A DNA stretch of 64,000 bases from Nitrospirota bacterium (GCA_963788195.1 CAWBGA010000013.1:402254-466253); one strand, 5' to 3'. Shown: positions 1 through 10,837, counted from the stretch's first letter. A program made the numbers and translations. The notes: generated from the sequence alone by a model not told the origin.

Positions 1-495
1 ATTCGCGAGGGAATTTTTGTCGACTACTGCACGAACCGGGAAGTCGCGCCGAAGATCGGGGAAGAACGATCGCGAGGCTCGAACCGGGCCGATGGCTGGG
101 GAAGTATACCGATGGTCCGCATCGCGAACATCGGGCTGCAACCCGGCACCGGCAGCCCGGAAGACATCATCGCGGACGTCCAGCGTGGGATCTACATAGA
201 AGGACATGGCTCATTCAGCATCGACCAGCAGCGCTATAATTTCCAGTTTGGCGGGGATGCCTTCTGGCTGATCGAAAACGGCAAGCGGGTCCACATGCTG
301 CGGGATGTAATCTATCATGGGATTACACCTGAGTTCTGGGGCTCGTGCGACGCGGTCGCAGGGCCGTCCCACCGACAACGGTATGGTTTCATCACATGCG
401 GGAAGGGCCAGCCTGGACAATCGGGCTGGATGACGCATCCTGCCGCTCATGCGCGGTTTCGCCGTATCAGTGTGATCCGCGGCCAGGCCGAATGA
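1..495 (+). CDS. tldD: TldD/PmbA family metalloprotease, C-terminal part (5'-truncated by window)
   Basis: Frame is open from base 1 (IREGIFVDYC...PMVRIANIGLQPG). Has SIDQQRYNFQFGG and the TldD C-terminal CGKGQPGQ motif. Confidence 0.9.
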   Translation: MREGIFVDYCTNREVAPKIGEERSRGSNRADGWGSIPMVRIANIGLQPGTGSPEDIIADVQRGIYIEGHGSFSIDQQRYNFQFGGDAFWLIENGKRVHMLRDVIYHGITPEFWGSCDAVAGPSHRQRYGFITCGKGQPGQSGWMTHPAAHARFRRISVIRGQAE

Positions 496-1814
496 GCGGC
501 GCGTTGGTTGATCAACCTGAGTTTCGTCGAGCCGCGGAGCTGATCCTCAAGGCCTCAACCGCTGAGCACACAACGATGTATCTGACCGACGTCTCATCGG
601 GTACGACCCGCTTTGCAAATAATCAAGTCGTGCAGAATCTCACGACCCGCCGAAGTACGGTCGCGATTGATGTGGCCTATGGTCAACAGCATGGCTGTGC
701 GACGACTACGGACCTTTCGGCCGGCGCGCTTCGTGACACCCTTCAGAGGGCCGAACGGGTGGCTCGTGCCGCGCCCGCCGACCCCGAGTTCCTGCCCCCA
801 CCTGGGCCCCAGGAATATCCTGAAGTCCCGGGCGCGTGTCCTGTGACGATCGCAGCGGGACCCCCGCGGCGCCTGGCCGAAGCGCGTGCGGCGATCGAAC
901 TGTGCGTGGCCGAAGGGCTGACGGCCGCTGGGATTGTCGCAAACTCGTGGTCCGCCAGGGGGGTGGCCGCGAGCACTGGACTCTTTGGGTATGAGCAGCG
1001 GAGTGAGGGACGTTTCAGTGTGACGGCGATAGGGCAGGACTCAACCGGGTGGGCTGCAAACGCCCATCGGTCGATAGACCGTCTCGCCGTCCCAGAGCGC
1101 ACCGCCCTGGCAATTAGGAAAGCCAAACGCGCGTCCAGTCCCCGAGAGATCGAGGCCGGCCGGTATACAGTCATTCTCGAACCTGCCGCGGTGGCTGGAT
1201 TGCTCAGCACTATGATCTGGATGATGGATTCGAAGTCCTATTATAAGGGCGATAGCCCGTTTAGCGGCAAACTTGGGCAGGCCATCATGGATTCACGGCT
1301 GATGTTGCAAAACCGCCCTGATCATCCCGACCTCCTCGGGGCGCGGTTTACGTCTGACGGCTTGCCGACCAATGACTGCGCCTGGATCCAGAATGGGGTG
1401 CTGCGGGAATTGATGCACGACCGATTCACAGCGAAGCAACATCAGGTAGAGCGGATCTGCACGCTCGATGCGCCGTACTTATCTGCGGAGCGTGGGTCCG
1501 GCACCGTGGAGGATCTGATCAAGAAGACCTCCCGGGGCATCCTGGTGACAAATTTCTGGTATATCAGAACCGTCAATCCAACGGACCTCACCCTGACCGG
1601 CATGACCCGCGACGGTACGTTCCTTGTGGAAGGCGGCGAGATCAATACCGCTGTCAGAAATTTTCGCTTTCATGAAAGCCCAATGGGAGCGTTCAGTAGA
1701 ATCCATGGTATCGGCACTCCCTCAGAAGCTAGCAGCACAGAATCGAGTACGAAGATGTTGCTGCCTCCCCTGACGATCGAGGACTTCAACTTCAGCAGCG
1801 TGACGCGATTTTAA
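492..1814 (+). CDS. TldE/PmbA family protein
   Basis: ATGA overlap with tldD. Motifs TRFANN, GRYTVILEP.AV and LTGMTRDGTF.VE.G, ending FNFSS. Confidence 0.85.
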   Translation: MSGALVDQPEFRRAAELILKASTAEHTTMYLTDVSSGTTRFANNQVVQNLTTRRSTVAIDVAYGQQHGCATTTDLSAGALRDTLQRAERVARAAPADPEFLPPPGPQEYPEVPGACPVTIAAGPPRRLAEARAAIELCVAEGLTAAGIVANSWSARGVAASTGLFGYEQRSEGRFSVTAIGQDSTGWAANAHRSIDRLAVPERTALAIRKAKRASSPREIEAGRYTVILEPAAVAGLLSTMIWMMDSKSYYKGDSPFSGKLGQAIMDSRLMLQNRPDHPDLLGARFTSDGLPTNDCAWIQNGVLRELMHDRFTAKQHQVERICTLDAPYLSAERGSGTVEDLIKKTSRGILVTNFWYIRTVNPTDLTLTGMTRDGTFLVEGGEINTAVRNFRFHESPMGAFSRIHGIGTPSEASSTESSTKMLLPPLTIEDFNFSSVTRF

Positions 1815-2036
1815 TTGTTGCCTTCTGACGGACGTGCGATGTTCCACGAAAGGATACGTATCCTGCACCAAGTGGATACAGGCGACCATGGTCTTTGAGC
1901 TGCCGAGGTCGACTCAATGGGTGAATTCAAAGAGCTTTTTGACAACCGGTCCTCGCGGCTGCGATGAGGGGTGCTGGCACCTTGATTGCGTAATTCAGTA
2001 CAGTAGAGATTCCTTGTCAATAAAAGATCGAAAAAC

Positions 2037-3155
2037 ATGAAGACACCAGTAGCTTCGTACATTCACTCCGTTGTGATAGCCATTATGTTGCTGTTGGCGC
2101 TTCCCGCGCTGAGCGAGACGGCCGAACCACCGGCAGGCAAAGGTCCTCCTGTTGCGACGCTCAGCGTCCTCGCCGGGCCTGTCCACTACCTTGCAGCAGG
2201 CAGCCGACACAAGCAGGGGGCAAGAAACGGCGTGGACTTGGTGATCGGAGACCGGGTCATCACTGGCGAGAACGCCACGGCGCTCATCACCTTTCTGGAC
2301 GGCACCACCGTGACGGTTCAGCCTGAATCGGAGATCGCCATCTCAAAAGCGGAGTCAAGTAACGGTAAAAATACACGTGTGAACATCCTATTGGGAACGG
2401 TCTGGGCCCGTGTGGTTCACGCTCTCGCACCCCGATCAACCTTTTCTCTGGCGGCCAACGCGGCCACGGCGACAGTTCATGACGCGATGGTCGCCGGCCA
2501 TGACAGCCTTATCGGCGCACGAGTCAATCCGAACGGCAGTTTCGATTGTTGGACCCGGTCGGGCGTTTTGCACGTCAGAGACGATGACGGCCAGCGATAT
2601 GTGACGCTTATGCCTGGTGAAAAAACCAAGGTTGAGCTTGGCAAATTCAATGCCCGTTTTGGTTTTCGCCTGGACCCTGACCCCGTGGCGCAACCGTTTT
2701 CTGTGAACCAAAGCATGTTGAGGATCACCACTTCGTCAAGTGTCTTTCCTTTGGTTTTCACAGAAGACAAAATGCACGCGGCCGGCTTCATGGGGCCTAA
2801 CGGAGCCGTTCTGAACTACGTGTTCGGTTCGTACACGGGCGCACCACAGGCCAGCGAGTTTGTTGTTGAAGTTCCGGCTGGTGTCGTCGGGCCTTTCGCG
2901 CTCTTTCTGGAAGGCGCCCGAGACGATGCGTACCACGTGACAATTGCGGGTTTGTACAATGGAGAGCAGGTCTACGTACAGAAGCTGTCCGGCACGATAA
3001 GGAAAGGCGAACGGGTCAGCCTTGAAATCACGCAACAGCTTGATCCGGAATTGGAGTCGTATCCGACCATGGCGAGAATCGTGGGCAGCCGTGTTGCACC
3101 GTTGGGACAAATGAGAAGCGCCGGCCAAACACTGCTTCACGGCGTCTCGAGATGA
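2037..3155 (+). CDS. Exported FecR-domain protein
   Basis: N-terminal signal peptide. GDRVITGENATALITFLDGTTVTVQPES is a FecR-domain pattern. Confidence 0.7.
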   Translation: MKTPVASYIHSVVIAIMLLLALPALSETAEPPAGKGPPVATLSVLAGPVHYLAAGSRHKQGARNGVDLVIGDRVITGENATALITFLDGTTVTVQPESEIAISKAESSNGKNTRVNILLGTVWARVVHALAPRSTFSLAANAATATVHDAMVAGHDSLIGARVNPNGSFDCWTRSGVLHVRDDDGQRYVTLMPGEKTKVELGKFNARFGFRLDPDPVAQPFSVNQSMLRITTSSSVFPLVFTEDKMHAAGFMGPNGAVLNYVFGSYTGAPQASEFVVEVPAGVVGPFALFLEGARDDAYHVTIAGLYNGEQVYVQKLSGTIRKGERVSLEITQQLDPELESYPTMARIVGSRVAPLGQMRSAGQTLLHGVSR

Positions 3156-3196
3156 TTCTGGTCTCGATGACGCGCTGACCCCGCAACTGGCGACTG

Positions 3197-5113
3197 TTAC
3201 TGAGTCCGACTGCCCAGCACCGCATACGCGGCGACTGTCTGGTCCTTTCCCTTGAGCCGTATTTCTCCAATCCGCAATGTCTCGAACTCGTCTCTTAGCC
3301 GTTGCACCGTCGCTTCGCTGATCAAAATGCGGCAAGGGCTTGTGGCTGAATTCGGAAGCACGAGGGCCTTATCAAAACTCTCCAATCTCGATGCGATATT
3401 CACAGTATCGCCGACCGTCGTGTACTTCAATCGATGAGCGCTGCCCAGACTGCCGGCGACGACAGAGCCGGTGCAGATGCCAATGCGCATCCGCAAGGCA
3501 GGAAGAGTTTTTTCCCGATGTAAAGCATTCAATCGCAGTAGCGCCTGCTCTATCGCAAGCGCGCACTTCACGGCATTCACCGCATCGCGTCGTATCTGGT
3601 CGTCGGTGTTTCTGGCCAGTGGCACGCCAAAGTCGGCCTTTATTCCGTCACCGAAGTAGTCATCAACCAGACCGCCATGGTCCATCACGAGAGTTGCAAT
3701 CGTCTCCATATAGCCATTGACCCAATCCATGAGAGTTTGCGGGTCCATCTTCTCGGAGACCATTGAAAATCCCGCGAGGTCCGTAAACATCACCGTGGCC
3801 GTTAACTTTTGAGGTCTCGGCCGCCCGGCGTCAAGAAACTCGTCACGGTGGTTCCACGCGGCTTCGGCCACCTCCGGCGAGACGTGCTTTGAAAACAATT
3901 GCATCAATATCGTTCGCTGCTTCTCCACGCGGGCCTGCTCATTTCGCTCGAACACCACCCGGTAGACCAGCGACGCGGCAAAAGACCACAAGATCGCGCC
4001 GGCAGGATAGACAAGGTTCACGATGATCCCACGTTCGAACAAAATGACGGCCGCTGCCAGGTACCCGCCCATAAGTCCCAGCACTGTCAGGGTTGCCGCC
4101 ATGGGTCGGAGAAGCGCCACCAGCAATCCGGTCAGGAGAGCCAGGAGCACGATCGACACGATGGTGATCGGAGGCGGTACATGCATGAGGTAACGCTGGG
4201 CGAGCAAGGTTTCGATCGCATTGGCGAGGACCTCGACGCCCCACATTCTCCTCTCATCGGTCGTTGGAGTTGAGAATTCATCCAGCCCGCCAATGGTCAG
4301 ACCCAACAACACAATCTTGTCCCTCACCAATTGGCGATCAAAGGTGTCTTTGAGGACATCGATAAGAGGGATAATGGGGAAGGCGCCTGCGCGCTCCGGG
4401 GCAGATGGACCGCCCAGGAAGTTAATAAGCATACTGCCGGCTTCTGTAAGAGGGATAGCGCGACCCGCCGCATAGACGGTGCTTGACGTGGCCGGCATGT
4501 CAATCACCGTGGTCCGCCTGACGAATGGTGTGATCGCCGCTAAGGCAAGCGCGGGCAGATCCTCTCCCGCCGCGCGCAGCAGTATTGGCATGCCGCGGAC
4601 TACGGTATCGGCGTCGGTCGTGAGGTTCGTGACTCCTTCGGCATGGCCGGCCTCCCTGATTACCGGGGTCGGCCGGACGAATACGTGAAACTCCTGGGCC
4701 ACCCCCGGCGCTGGGCGGAGAGCCTTGGGGCCCTGGGCTTCGACGGGAGTAACAATATTGCCGGTCCGGCGCATCGCTGTTGCGACATCCGGATCCTCTG
4801 GCTTGGGGAGGTCAAAAAAAATGTCCAACACCACCACCCGTGCGCCTGCCTTGTGTAGGGTATCCAGGGCGGTCGCGTAGAGCGTACGCGGCCAGTTGAA
4901 CATCGCCCCGTATCGGGGAATCAGTTCCCGGTAGCTACGCTCGTCAACTCCGACGATCACCGTTGATTGCGCGTGCGCCTGCGGGCGCGACTGGAACAAG
5001 AGATCTGTGCTCCGTAGCTGCGCTGTTCTAAGGAAATGCGCCAGGTATGCGCTCATCAATACTACGGCCACGATAAATCCCACGATGCTGCTGACGACCA
5101 GGCGCCTGCGCAC
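3197..5113 (-). CDS. CHASE2-domain class III adenylate/guanylate cyclase
   Basis: CHASE2 motifs (VIVGVDE, WPR, LDIFF, DADTVVR, GVEVLA) followed by TM helices and cyclase motifs (VMFTDLAGFS, YFGDG, RIGI.TG, YTTVGDTVNIASRLE). GTG start at 5113 chosen from the upstream GGAGG. Confidence 0.9.
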   Translation of the reverse strand: MRRRLVVSSIVGFIVAVVLMSAYLAHFLRTAQLRSTDLLFQSRPQAHAQSTVIVGVDERSYRELIPRYGAMFNWPRTLYATALDTLHKAGARVVVLDIFFDLPKPEDPDVATAMRRTGNIVTPVEAQGPKALRPAPGVAQEFHVFVRPTPVIREAGHAEGVTNLTTDADTVVRGMPILLRAAGEDLPALALAAITPFVRRTTVIDMPATSSTVYAAGRAIPLTEAGSMLINFLGGPSAPERAGAFPIIPLIDVLKDTFDRQLVRDKIVLLGLTIGGLDEFSTPTTDERRMWGVEVLANAIETLLAQRYLMHVPPPITIVSIVLLALLTGLLVALLRPMAATLTVLGLMGGYLAAAVILFERGIIVNLVYPAGAILWSFAASLVYRVVFERNEQARVEKQRTILMQLFSKHVSPEVAEAAWNHRDEFLDAGRPRPQKLTATVMFTDLAGFSMVSEKMDPQTLMDWVNGYMETIATLVMDHGGLVDDYFGDGIKADFGVPLARNTDDQIRRDAVNAVKCALAIEQALLRLNALHREKTLPALRMRIGICTGSVVAGSLGSAHRLKYTTVGDTVNIASRLESFDKALVLPNSATSPCRILISEATVQRLRDEFETLRIGEIRLKGKDQTVAAYAVLGSRTQ

Positions 5114-5169
5114 ACTGCTACCTCCGTCATTCGAGCCCGTCGAGAACCGCTCGAACCGCAGGAGAGAAT

Positions 5170-6669
5170 TCAGGGGTGTGCCTCTAATGCCTTTGCCTGG
5201 AGCACCCTGCGAATCTCCAACAGTGCGAGGGTGTCTCGCTTGCAATACTCCAGGAGTGAGGCCCGAATGCGTGTCTTCTCGGAAGCGTCGACCTTGCCAA
5301 ACGCCATTCGGTAATACTGTAGAGCGGCAAGGCCGCCGTGTTGGATCGCAAGATTAGCGTAATCAAGAGACGGCGCCAGGGCGGGAAGAATGACCTTGAT
5401 GGAGAAGGAGCCTTCGAACGCGGGATGATAATAGTGCCGCCGGACGATCGGCAGGAGATCCCAGAGGCGGGCCGCAAGCGCACCCAACTGTCGTCTCAGG
5501 GTCGGAATGGCCTCGGCCAGATCCATTAAGATTCGCCATTCATAACCGGAGTACACACAGATGCTGCCGTCACGGCCGAGGGTTCGCAGCAGGGCGACTG
5601 CGAGCTCTTCACGGGGATCTCCGTCATCAGCGCACAAGTATTGCGTGTGGTGGACGATTCCATTTTCGTGTTCGGTATGGTTGGACCATTGAAAAGGCAG
5701 TGTCTGATAGGGCCTCGTCCCAGGAAAGAGCGGCACGGGTGGCATGAAGCCCTCAAAATCGAGGTGGTGCACCGGATATCGGACCGCTTGTAGCGCGGCT
5801 TTTAAATCCGGTCCGATCCACTCCACGTTGTCCTTCATGCGTTGTTGCGCGCCGGAGAGTCTGAACTCATCAGGAATCGCGTCAATCGTGTTGACACCCT
5901 GTTCTGAAAGCTTGTCAAACGTGCGCTTGGGGCCGGGCAGATAGAATACCCAGCGGGGATCCTTTGCCTGTGTACAGTGATCCCAGAACGGGCAGACATA
6001 GGGAGCGTGACAGTGGTGACCTGGTTCCACCGAGGGAACAGAGGGCTCCATCAGCATTGCCTTCATGGACGCAAGTCGAACGGGAACGTCGGCGAGACGG
6101 CTCGATACCTCCGGCATCACGTCTTGTTCAACGAACAGGCGGTCGAGGTCAACCTTGCCTCCTCCGTAGACATAGGCGCGGTTCAAGTACATGAGGGAAA
6201 TACCGTCGAGCCTCAGCCCGGACCCCCGCACCACATGGGCCTGAATCGCCAGATCGTCCAGATGAATATCTTTCACGCGCGTAGACGCTTTGACTTCGAT
6301 GAGACGCCATCCCTGCCCATCGGATTCGTTCCGTGCCAGGATGTCTACGCGCACCAGTACGTTGTCGTACTTCAGTGTGGCCTCGAAGATCGCCGGAACG
6401 CGGGGATCATTCAGCAACTCTTCCGTGCGACGCAGCGCCGCGCGGAGATTTCCGTGGCCGCAATCGACGAATACGCCTCCCGGAAACCGCCTGCGCGCCA
6501 CTTCGCCGACATCCGTGCCCGCCTCCAAGACGGCCTGTCTCTCTGCATCCGGGGCGGCGGCGAGGTCTGGAGAGTGAATCTCGAGATATAGGCGCTTATG
6601 ACACTGCAAGCCCGAAATGTATTTGGATTTGGAGAGCCGCGGTTCGACAGGAAACAGGGTTAACTGCAT
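5170..6669 (-). CDS. DUF2779 domain protein (nuclease-like N-terminus, RNase H-like C-terminal domain)
   Basis: LSKSKYISGLQC.KRLYL, DIL...LIEVKAST, HC..PY.CPFWDHC, HLDFE...PFQWS, GSFSIK.ILP, YCKRDT. Start codon approximate. Confidence 0.8.
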   Translation of the reverse strand: MQLTLFPVEPRLSKSKYISGLQCHKRLYLEIHSPDLAAAPDAERQAVLEAGTDVGEVARRRFPGGVFVDCGHGNLRAALRRTEELLNDPRVPAIFEATLKYDNVLVRVDILARNESDGQGWRLIEVKASTRVKDIHLDDLAIQAHVVRGSGLRLDGISLMYLNRAYVYGGGKVDLDRLFVEQDVMPEVSSRLADVPVRLASMKAMLMEPSVPSVEPGHHCHAPYVCPFWDHCTQAKDPRWVFYLPGPKRTFDKLSEQGVNTIDAIPDEFRLSGAQQRMKDNVEWIGPDLKAALQAVRYPVHHLDFEGFMPPVPLFPGTRPYQTLPFQWSNHTEHENGIVHHTQYLCADDGDPREELAVALLRTLGRDGSICVYSGYEWRILMDLAEAIPTLRRQLGALAARLWDLLPIVRRHYYHPAFEGSFSIKVILPALAPSLDYANLAIQHGGLAALQYYRMAFGKVDASEKTRIRASLLEYCKRDTLALLEIRRVLQAKALEAHP

Positions 6670-6682
6670 CACACCTCTGGGC

Positions 6683-7204
6683 TCAATTTTCTGCCGGGAG
6701 CTCTCGGAGGAGTCCGGAACAGGTCCCGCAGCGGTGACGACCCGGTCTGATTGTCCGGCGATGACGATGGTAGACTTGTCCACAGCGCAGACAGTGCCAG
6801 GTATATCGGCGCAGACTACGAACACCATCTGCGAGGGAATGCCGCACGGTGATGCTGAAGCCCGACCGATTCATCGCCGCCATCATCCGTCTAAAGTCGT
6901 CGCCATGATCGGGCCTACGTTTGAGGACATCATATTGCCACTGATGGATCATTTCATGCGCCAGCGTGCTGTCCAGTTCCGCCGGGGGTTGATTGGAAAG
7001 CAAGGGAATCGAGAGACGAATGAGGCGGCGCTCAAATCTTACGTCGGATGACCGCAGAGGGGTGCGGGGTCCTTCTGTGATAAACAGAGCAGCCGAGGAC
7101 GTGAGACGCGGGCTCCATATGATTGAGATCGGGGAGAGAGCATTGTCAAAGTATCGGCCGTTGAATATCCGCCAACTGGCTTGCAGTTCGTCAGGGGTGA
7201 GCAT
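6683..7204 (-). CDS. SprT-like zinc metalloprotease domain protein
   Basis: FNGRYF, TLAHEMIH (HExxH), HG..F, and a C-terminal CxxC...CxxC ribbon. Confidence 0.85.
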   Translation of the reverse strand: MLTPDELQASWRIFNGRYFDNALSPISIIWSPRLTSSAALFITEGPRTPLRSSDVRFERRLIRLSIPLLSNQPPAELDSTLAHEMIHQWQYDVLKRRPDHGDDFRRMMAAMNRSGFSITVRHSLADGVRSLRRYTWHCLRCGQVYHRHRRTIRPGRHRCGTCSGLLRELPAEN

Positions 7205-7254
7205 GCTGCCAGGCCTGACTTAACACAAACTGCATGAGAGGTCACGAGGAATTT

Positions 7255-7736
7255 CTCGGGAATGTGCTCCGTGGGTCGGACAGCGATCGGCTGCTGCCGT
7301 GCGACGCTCCGCCAAAACGACCCGTTGCATTGGGCTGAGCAACGGGTTCCCCGGCAAGTCGCTGCGCACGCCACAGCCGAATCGCTGCTGGGAAGGGAGA
7401 AAAGCGAGCGTGCGCTTGGCGTCACCCACTTTGCCTATTCCCTCGCCGTGGTGTGTGGGACGGGAGAAAGATCTGAACAGACGGGGGCCTCGGGAATGTG
7501 CTCCGTGGGCCTGACCTTGATCGGCTGATGCCGTGCGGCGCTCCGCCAAAACGACCCGTTGCATTGGGCTGAGCAACGGGTTCCCCGGCAAGTCGCTGCG
7601 CACGCCCCTCGGGACAAGAGGCTGTCTTGGCAGCCTCGGGGCGGGCGGGTGCAATACTAGATCGCTGCTGGGAAGGGAGAAAAGCGAGCGTGCGCTTGGC
7701 GTCACCCACTTTGCCTATTCCCTCGCCGTGGTGTGT
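7255..7736. repeat. Tandem duplication of a ~200-bp intergenic element (7255-7456 and 7489-7736)
   Basis: Two near-identical copies are visible directly. Copy 2 has 54 bp (7607-7660) in place of 8 bp in copy 1. Confidence 0.95.
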
Positions 7737-7847
7737 AAGTGAACAAGCACGGAATGACGCGAGTCGGATTTTTACGGGACACAGTTGCTCCGGCAGATCA
7801 ATCTCTAGTACAAGAATGTAGGACGGCAGTTTCACACGGAAAGAACA

Positions 7848-9533
7848 ATGGCGACGAATGACAAACAAATCATTTTCTCCCTCATTGGCGTTGGGCGGGT
7901 CCAGCCGCCCAAGCGACAGGTGCTGAAGGACATCTATCTGTCGTTTTATTACGGAGCCAAAATCGGGGTACTTGGGGCGAATGGCTCCGGTAAGAGCACG
8001 TTGTTGCGGATCATCGCCGGCGTGGACAAGGACTTCACCGGTGAGATGACTTTCTCCAAAGGGTACTCGGTGGGCCTATTGGAACAAGAGCCTCAACTTG
8101 ATCCCAATAAGACCGTCAAGGAGATCGTGCAAGAGGGGCGGCCCGAGGTGATCGCGATGCTTCAGGAGTACGAGGCAACAAGCGAGAAGCTCGGCCAAGA
8201 TATTTCGGCCTCGGAGATGGACACGCTTATCGCAAGGCAGGGTGCATTACAAGAGAAGATCGATGCCGTCAACGGCTGGGAATTGGAAAATCAGCTTGAG
8301 GTGGCGATGGATGCATTGCGCTGTCCGCCCCCTGACACCAAAGTGGGGATTCTATCGGGGGGAGAGAAACGCCGTGTGGCTCTCTGTCGGTTGCTGCTCC
8401 AGGAACCCGATATCCTATTGCTCGATGAGCCGACCAATCATCTCGATGCGGAGTCGGTGCAGTGGTTGGAGCAACATTTGCAGCAGTACAAAGGCACCAT
8501 CATTGCGGTAACGCATGACCGCTATTTTTTGGACAACGTGGCGGGTTGGATTTTGGAATTAGACCGTGGGCAAGGCATCCCGTTCCAAGGGAATTATTCT
8601 TCGTGGCTCGAGCAAAAACAGGCGCGCCTCGATCGGGAAGAGAAGTCCGATGTCAGGCGCCGAAGGACGCTTGAGCGCGAGCTGGAATGGATCCGGATGG
8701 CGCCGAAGGCCCGCCATGCCAAGGGCAAGGCGCGCATCACCCGATATGAAGAGCTGCTGAACGCTGAGCAGGAGAAGACAGCCGGAGAGTTGGAGATCTA
8801 TATTCCCTCGGGACCTCGCCTGGGGGACATCGTGCTGGAGGCCAAGGCATTGACGAAGGCATACGGGGACAGGGTCGTCTTTGAGAATCTGACATTCACC
8901 CTTCCGCGCGGTGGAGTCGTTGGGGTCATCGGCCCAAATGGAGCCGGCAAGACCACCCTCTTTCGGATCATCATCGGGGCGCTACTCCCGGATGGGGGTT
9001 CGCTTACGCTTGGGGAAACGGTCAAAATCGGCTATGTGGACCAGGATCGTGCCCTGGACGAGAACAAGACGGTCTGGGAAGTGATCTCGGAGGGCCACGA
9101 CATCCTCACGCTTGGGAAAATAGAAGTCAATTCTCGCGCCTACTGCGGGCGCTTCAACCTGACCGGCGCAGATCAACAGAAAAAAGTGAAGGAGCTCTCG
9201 GGTGGCGAACGCAACCGTGTGCACTTGGCCAGAATGCTCAAGCAAGGTGCAAATCTTCTCCTCCTCGATGAGCCCACAAACGACCTCGATGTAACCACCT
9301 TGCGAGCCCTGGAGGAGGGTCTGGAGCGCTTTGGGGGCTGCTGCGTCGTGATCAGTCACGATCGATGGTTTCTGGATCGCATCGCCACGCATATCCTTGC
9401 GTTTGAGGACGAGGCCAGAGCGGTGTGGTTCGAAGGGAACTATAGCGAGTACGAAGTGGACCGGAAGAAGCGTTTAGGAAAACAGGCGGAACGGCCGCAC
9501 CGCCTACGCTATAAGAGCCTCACTCGACAGTGA
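7848..9533 (+). CDS. ettA: Energy-dependent translational throttle protein EttA (ABC-F)
   Basis: Two ABC domains ([32 protein letters not shown]), [13 protein letters not shown], and an EttA-type C-terminus. Confidence 0.95.
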   Translation: MATNDKQIIFSLIGVGRVQPPKRQVLKDIYLSFYYGAKIGVLGANGSGKSTLLRIIAGVDKDFTGEMTFSKGYSVGLLEQEPQLDPNKTVKEIVQEGRPEVIAMLQEYEATSEKLGQDISASEMDTLIARQGALQEKIDAVNGWELENQLEVAMDALRCPPPDTKVGILSGGEKRRVALCRLLLQEPDILLLDEPTNHLDAESVQWLEQHLQQYKGTIIAVTHDRYFLDNVAGWILELDRGQGIPFQGNYSSWLEQKQARLDREEKSDVRRRRTLERELEWIRMAPKARHAKGKARITRYEELLNAEQEKTAGELEIYIPSGPRLGDIVLEAKALTKAYGDRVVFENLTFTLPRGGVVGVIGPNGAGKTTLFRIIIGALLPDGGSLTLGETVKIGYVDQDRALDENKTVWEVISEGHDILTLGKIEVNSRAYCGRFNLTGADQQKKVKELSGGERNRVHLARMLKQGANLLLLDEPTNDLDVTTLRALEEGLERFGGCCVVISHDRWFLDRIATHILAFEDEARAVWFEGNYSEYEVDRKKRLGKQAERPHRLRYKSLTRQ

Positions 9534-9550
9534 ACCTGGAAGAACCCGGC

Positions 9551-10837
9551 TTAGCGTGTAGGGACACTTACTTGCACGGCCACGGGCGCAGGCACCACGG
9601 CGGCGATCGGTGTCTTCGTGCGCACAACGGCATCCCGGATCTTTACCTGCCATCCGTCGGTATCAGGCATGCTCTTTGAGTACTCGAGGAAACTGCCCCA
9701 GGTGGTGAGGGCTTGAGCCAGTAGACCTTTGGCTTCCTGCGCGAGGCCGAGTTCATACGCCAGCATCGCAGAGTTCGGCTCCTGCCCCTGAGCTTCCAGC
9801 ATGGCCACAATCGCGTCATCGTATCGGCCCAGGGCTGCATATGCTACCCCGACGTGCCGTAGAAGTCGGGCATCATGAGGACGAAGAGCCAGAGCAGCCT
9901 CGTAATGATAGACCGCGAGGTTGTAGAGATCGACATCTTTCGGCAAGATCTGGGCGATGGTAAACAGCACATGACCTGTGGCAAATGACCGACCCGCTGA
10001 CGGCAGTAATTCTCCATGACGGACTTCGCTCGGCGATGGGGCTTGGCCTTCGGCCACCAACTGGTTTTCCCCTAGCCATTCGCGGATCACACTTGTGGGA
10101 ATGGCATACCCGATGCCGGATCGAATCATGACACTGCCGATGCCCGCGCCGCTACGGTCCCTCGCCCGCTCTAAATACGGCACTTGCAGCACTACCATGC
10201 CGATGACTTCTCCTGATGGCACGTCCACAAGCGGTCCCCCGCTGCTGCCTTGGTTAATATGCCCCGTGACCTGAACAAACGGCGCAAAACGGTTTCTGGT
10301 TCTGGAGCGGCCTTGGATGATTCCGTTGATGTATCCGGGCACAATCGTCGGATGGAGAGCAAACCCCATATTTAAAATGTCCGTCAGTCGGGGGTAGCCG
10401 ATCGCCATAACCTCGTTCCCGTCGGGCGGAGCCTGTGCAGCCAGGGTCAATGAGGGGCCTGTCGCCGGGGGAATTCGTAGGGCTGCGAGATCACGATCCG
10501 GGTCGACCACAAGAGTCACCGCGTTTGTATAGACCTCCTCAGTCCCGACATACACCAGCACGCGTGAGCTGTCTTCGAGGACGTGGGCGTTGGTGATGAC
10601 CAGGCCATCGTCGTTCACAATAAATCCACTTCCGATCGACACTGATTTCGTTTTGTCGTCGATAGCCACCACGAGTACTGTGGCGGCCTTCGAATGGCCG
10701 TAGACTTCAGCCTTGGTCGCGGCCGTCACGGGGGTCGCCGGTAGGAGTATAATATGGAACAGCACGTATGCTGCCACAGACAATGCGTGGAGCCTCTTCA
10801 ACGGGTGACGACGGTCATGGGATGCTACAGACCTCAT
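9551..10837 (-). CDS. Trypsin-like serine protease with C-terminal TPR repeats
   Basis: GSGF...ITNAHV, DLAAL and GSSGGPL catalytic motifs, then TPR-like helices. Start uncertain. Confidence 0.85.
   Translation of the reverse strand: MRSVASHDRRHPLKRLHALSVAAYVLFHIILLPATPVTAATKAEVYGHSKAATVLVVAIDDKTKSVSIGSGFIVNDDGLVITNAHVLEDSSRVLVYVGTEEVYTNAVTLVVDPDRDLAALRIPPATGPSLTLAAQAPPDGNEVMAIGYPRLTDILNMGFALHPTIVPGYINGIIQGRSRTRNRFAPFVQVTGHINQGSSGGPLVDVPSGEVIGMVVLQVPYLERARDRSGAGIGSVMIRSGIGYAIPTSVIREWLGENQLVAEGQAPSPSEVRHGELLPSAGRSFATGHVLFTIAQILPKDVDLYNLAVYHYEAALALRPHDARLLRHVGVAYAALGRYDDAIVAMLEAQGQEPNSAMLAYELGLAQEAKGLLAQALTTWGSFLEYSKSMPDTDGWQVKIRDAVVRTKTPIAAVVPAPVAVQVSVPTR

Noticed and set aside
1..1814. TldD/E as part of a RiPP cluster
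   Set aside because: No precursor peptide or modifying enzymes are adjacent within the window. Upstream context is not visible.
7039..7868. Several overlapping ORFs in the sprT-ettA intergenic region
   Set aside because: They are translations of the duplicated non-coding element, with no family motifs or clear RBS.
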